64,000 bases of DNA from Squalus acanthias (lineage: Eukaryota), in assembly GCA_030390025.1 (NCBI GenBank), contig JASTWF010000048.1, positions 806,001 through 870,000 on the forward strand, in the 5' to 3' direction. Below the pieces are notes generated by a model. The model was not told where the DNA came from. It saw nothing but the letters and a program-made list of their open reading frames with translations, and made no database searches. Every line of letters starts with the position of its first letter. Within the stretch, counting starts at the first letter, position 1. Both the position numbers and the translations under genes were made by a program. This document shows, in pieces, positions 63,129 to 64,000 of the stretch.

Positions 63129-63826
63129 CACAGTGACACAAGGAGCCGGGGCGGTGCAACAAAAACCCGGTGCAGCAGAGAACGGGCCGCTGCTTTGCTG
63201 GGAGTGGAGTCAACGCAGAGGGTGCATGAGAAGTGACAGCAGCGTTTAGATACAGGAACAGCACGGATAAGATACAGGAACAACACGGATTAGATACAGG
63301 GGCACCTTGGATAAGATATAGGATCTCCACGGGATAGATAGAGAGTAAAGCCCATAATTCACTGATTAAATACAAAATAAAACCCTTCACTCACTCGTCA
63401 GATACAGAGTGTGAAGACCATCGCTCACAAGTTAGACACAGTGTAAAGCATCTCACTCACTGGTTCGAAACAGAATGTGTCGGAGAGACAATATAATTCC
63501 CCTTTCCTCACTCGCTCACCATCACTTCCATCTCCGATGAAGCCTCCGTGTTGATACAGTTTGAAAGAACCCCAGACTCCGCCATCAAAGGGAGCAGACA
63601 GACCGCGGATGACCGGGGGATCTCAATAGCCCCGAGCGGAAATGACCAGCCCGATGTGGGAGCCAATGAATATGTAAAGTGAGATTGTCCCCACCTATCG
63701 GAGCATTCAACGTTGGAGATGAGGGGACAGTAAATGCCACTCAGTGCCCGGAACTTTGAGATATTCTACAATAAAACGGCTCAGTGACATCACACAATAA
63801 ACATTCGGAACTTTCTCTCTGCAGAG

Positions 63827-63869
63827 ATGGCTGTTTCTCAGCTCTGGATTGTGTTGTTGGTGTTAACGG
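63827..63869 (+). CDS. TRBV: Leader exon of the next family-D V (V exon lies beyond the window)
   Basis: MAVSQLWIVLLVLT|GTAAAG, identical to the V18 leader; decamer at 63783. Confidence 0.85.
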
Positions 63870-64000
63870 GTAAAGATGGATCTGGGCGATTCTCACTTTT
63901 ATCTCCACCTCTGTCCCCTTTGGGATTAACCGACTCCTTGGCAATTTCAATGCGAGCGTTGGTGTTGATTCTTTTTCCCTCGGTTTACATGTACCTGCCT

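Noticed and set aside
800-63167. Assignment to IgH, IgNAR, IgL or NAR-TCR
   Set aside because: No octamer promoters noticed, no clustered D/J/C segments and no YYCAR ending. The CAAS/CAWS ends, 23-RSS and V-beta decamer fit a translocon TCR-beta V array. Alpha/delta/gamma is less likely but cannot be formally excluded without C genes.

Overview
Eukaryotic (vertebrate) genomic DNA, not microbial. The window is part of a T-cell receptor V-segment array, most likely TCR beta (TRBV), from a cartilaginous fish (inferred from the CR1 LINE, DeuSINE/SacSINE1-like and Penelope repeats; species cannot be fixed). All V genes lie on the + strand as leader exon, phase-1 intron, V exon and 23-bp-spacer RSS. 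I read 11 apparently intact V genes, one intact V exon with a dead splice donor, about 10 pseudogenes/relics/orphan leaders, the 3' end of a V at the left edge and a leader at the right edge. No D, J or C segments are present. The genes form a repeated cassette: A (CAASDV family), B (always dead), a 51-bp CR1-derived minisatellite, a CTCF-like site, then C and D (both CAWS, TRBV30-like). A recent ~13-kb tandem duplication has a visible junction at ~37945. Most notable observations: (1) a second 23-spaced RSS-like element directly behind every family-A RSS, with an open Cys-containing frame running through the first RSS; (2) co-oriented CTCF motifs, about one per cassette; (3) Penelope-type minimal hammerhead ribozyme motifs, two pairs of them in palindromes; (4) minisatellite units that mimic a RAG signal joint; (5) a V relic nested in the leader intron of an intact V. 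Four N gaps (5505-5819, 9382-9936, 32703-33166, 45736-45941) limit what can be seen. Repeat boundaries are approximate.
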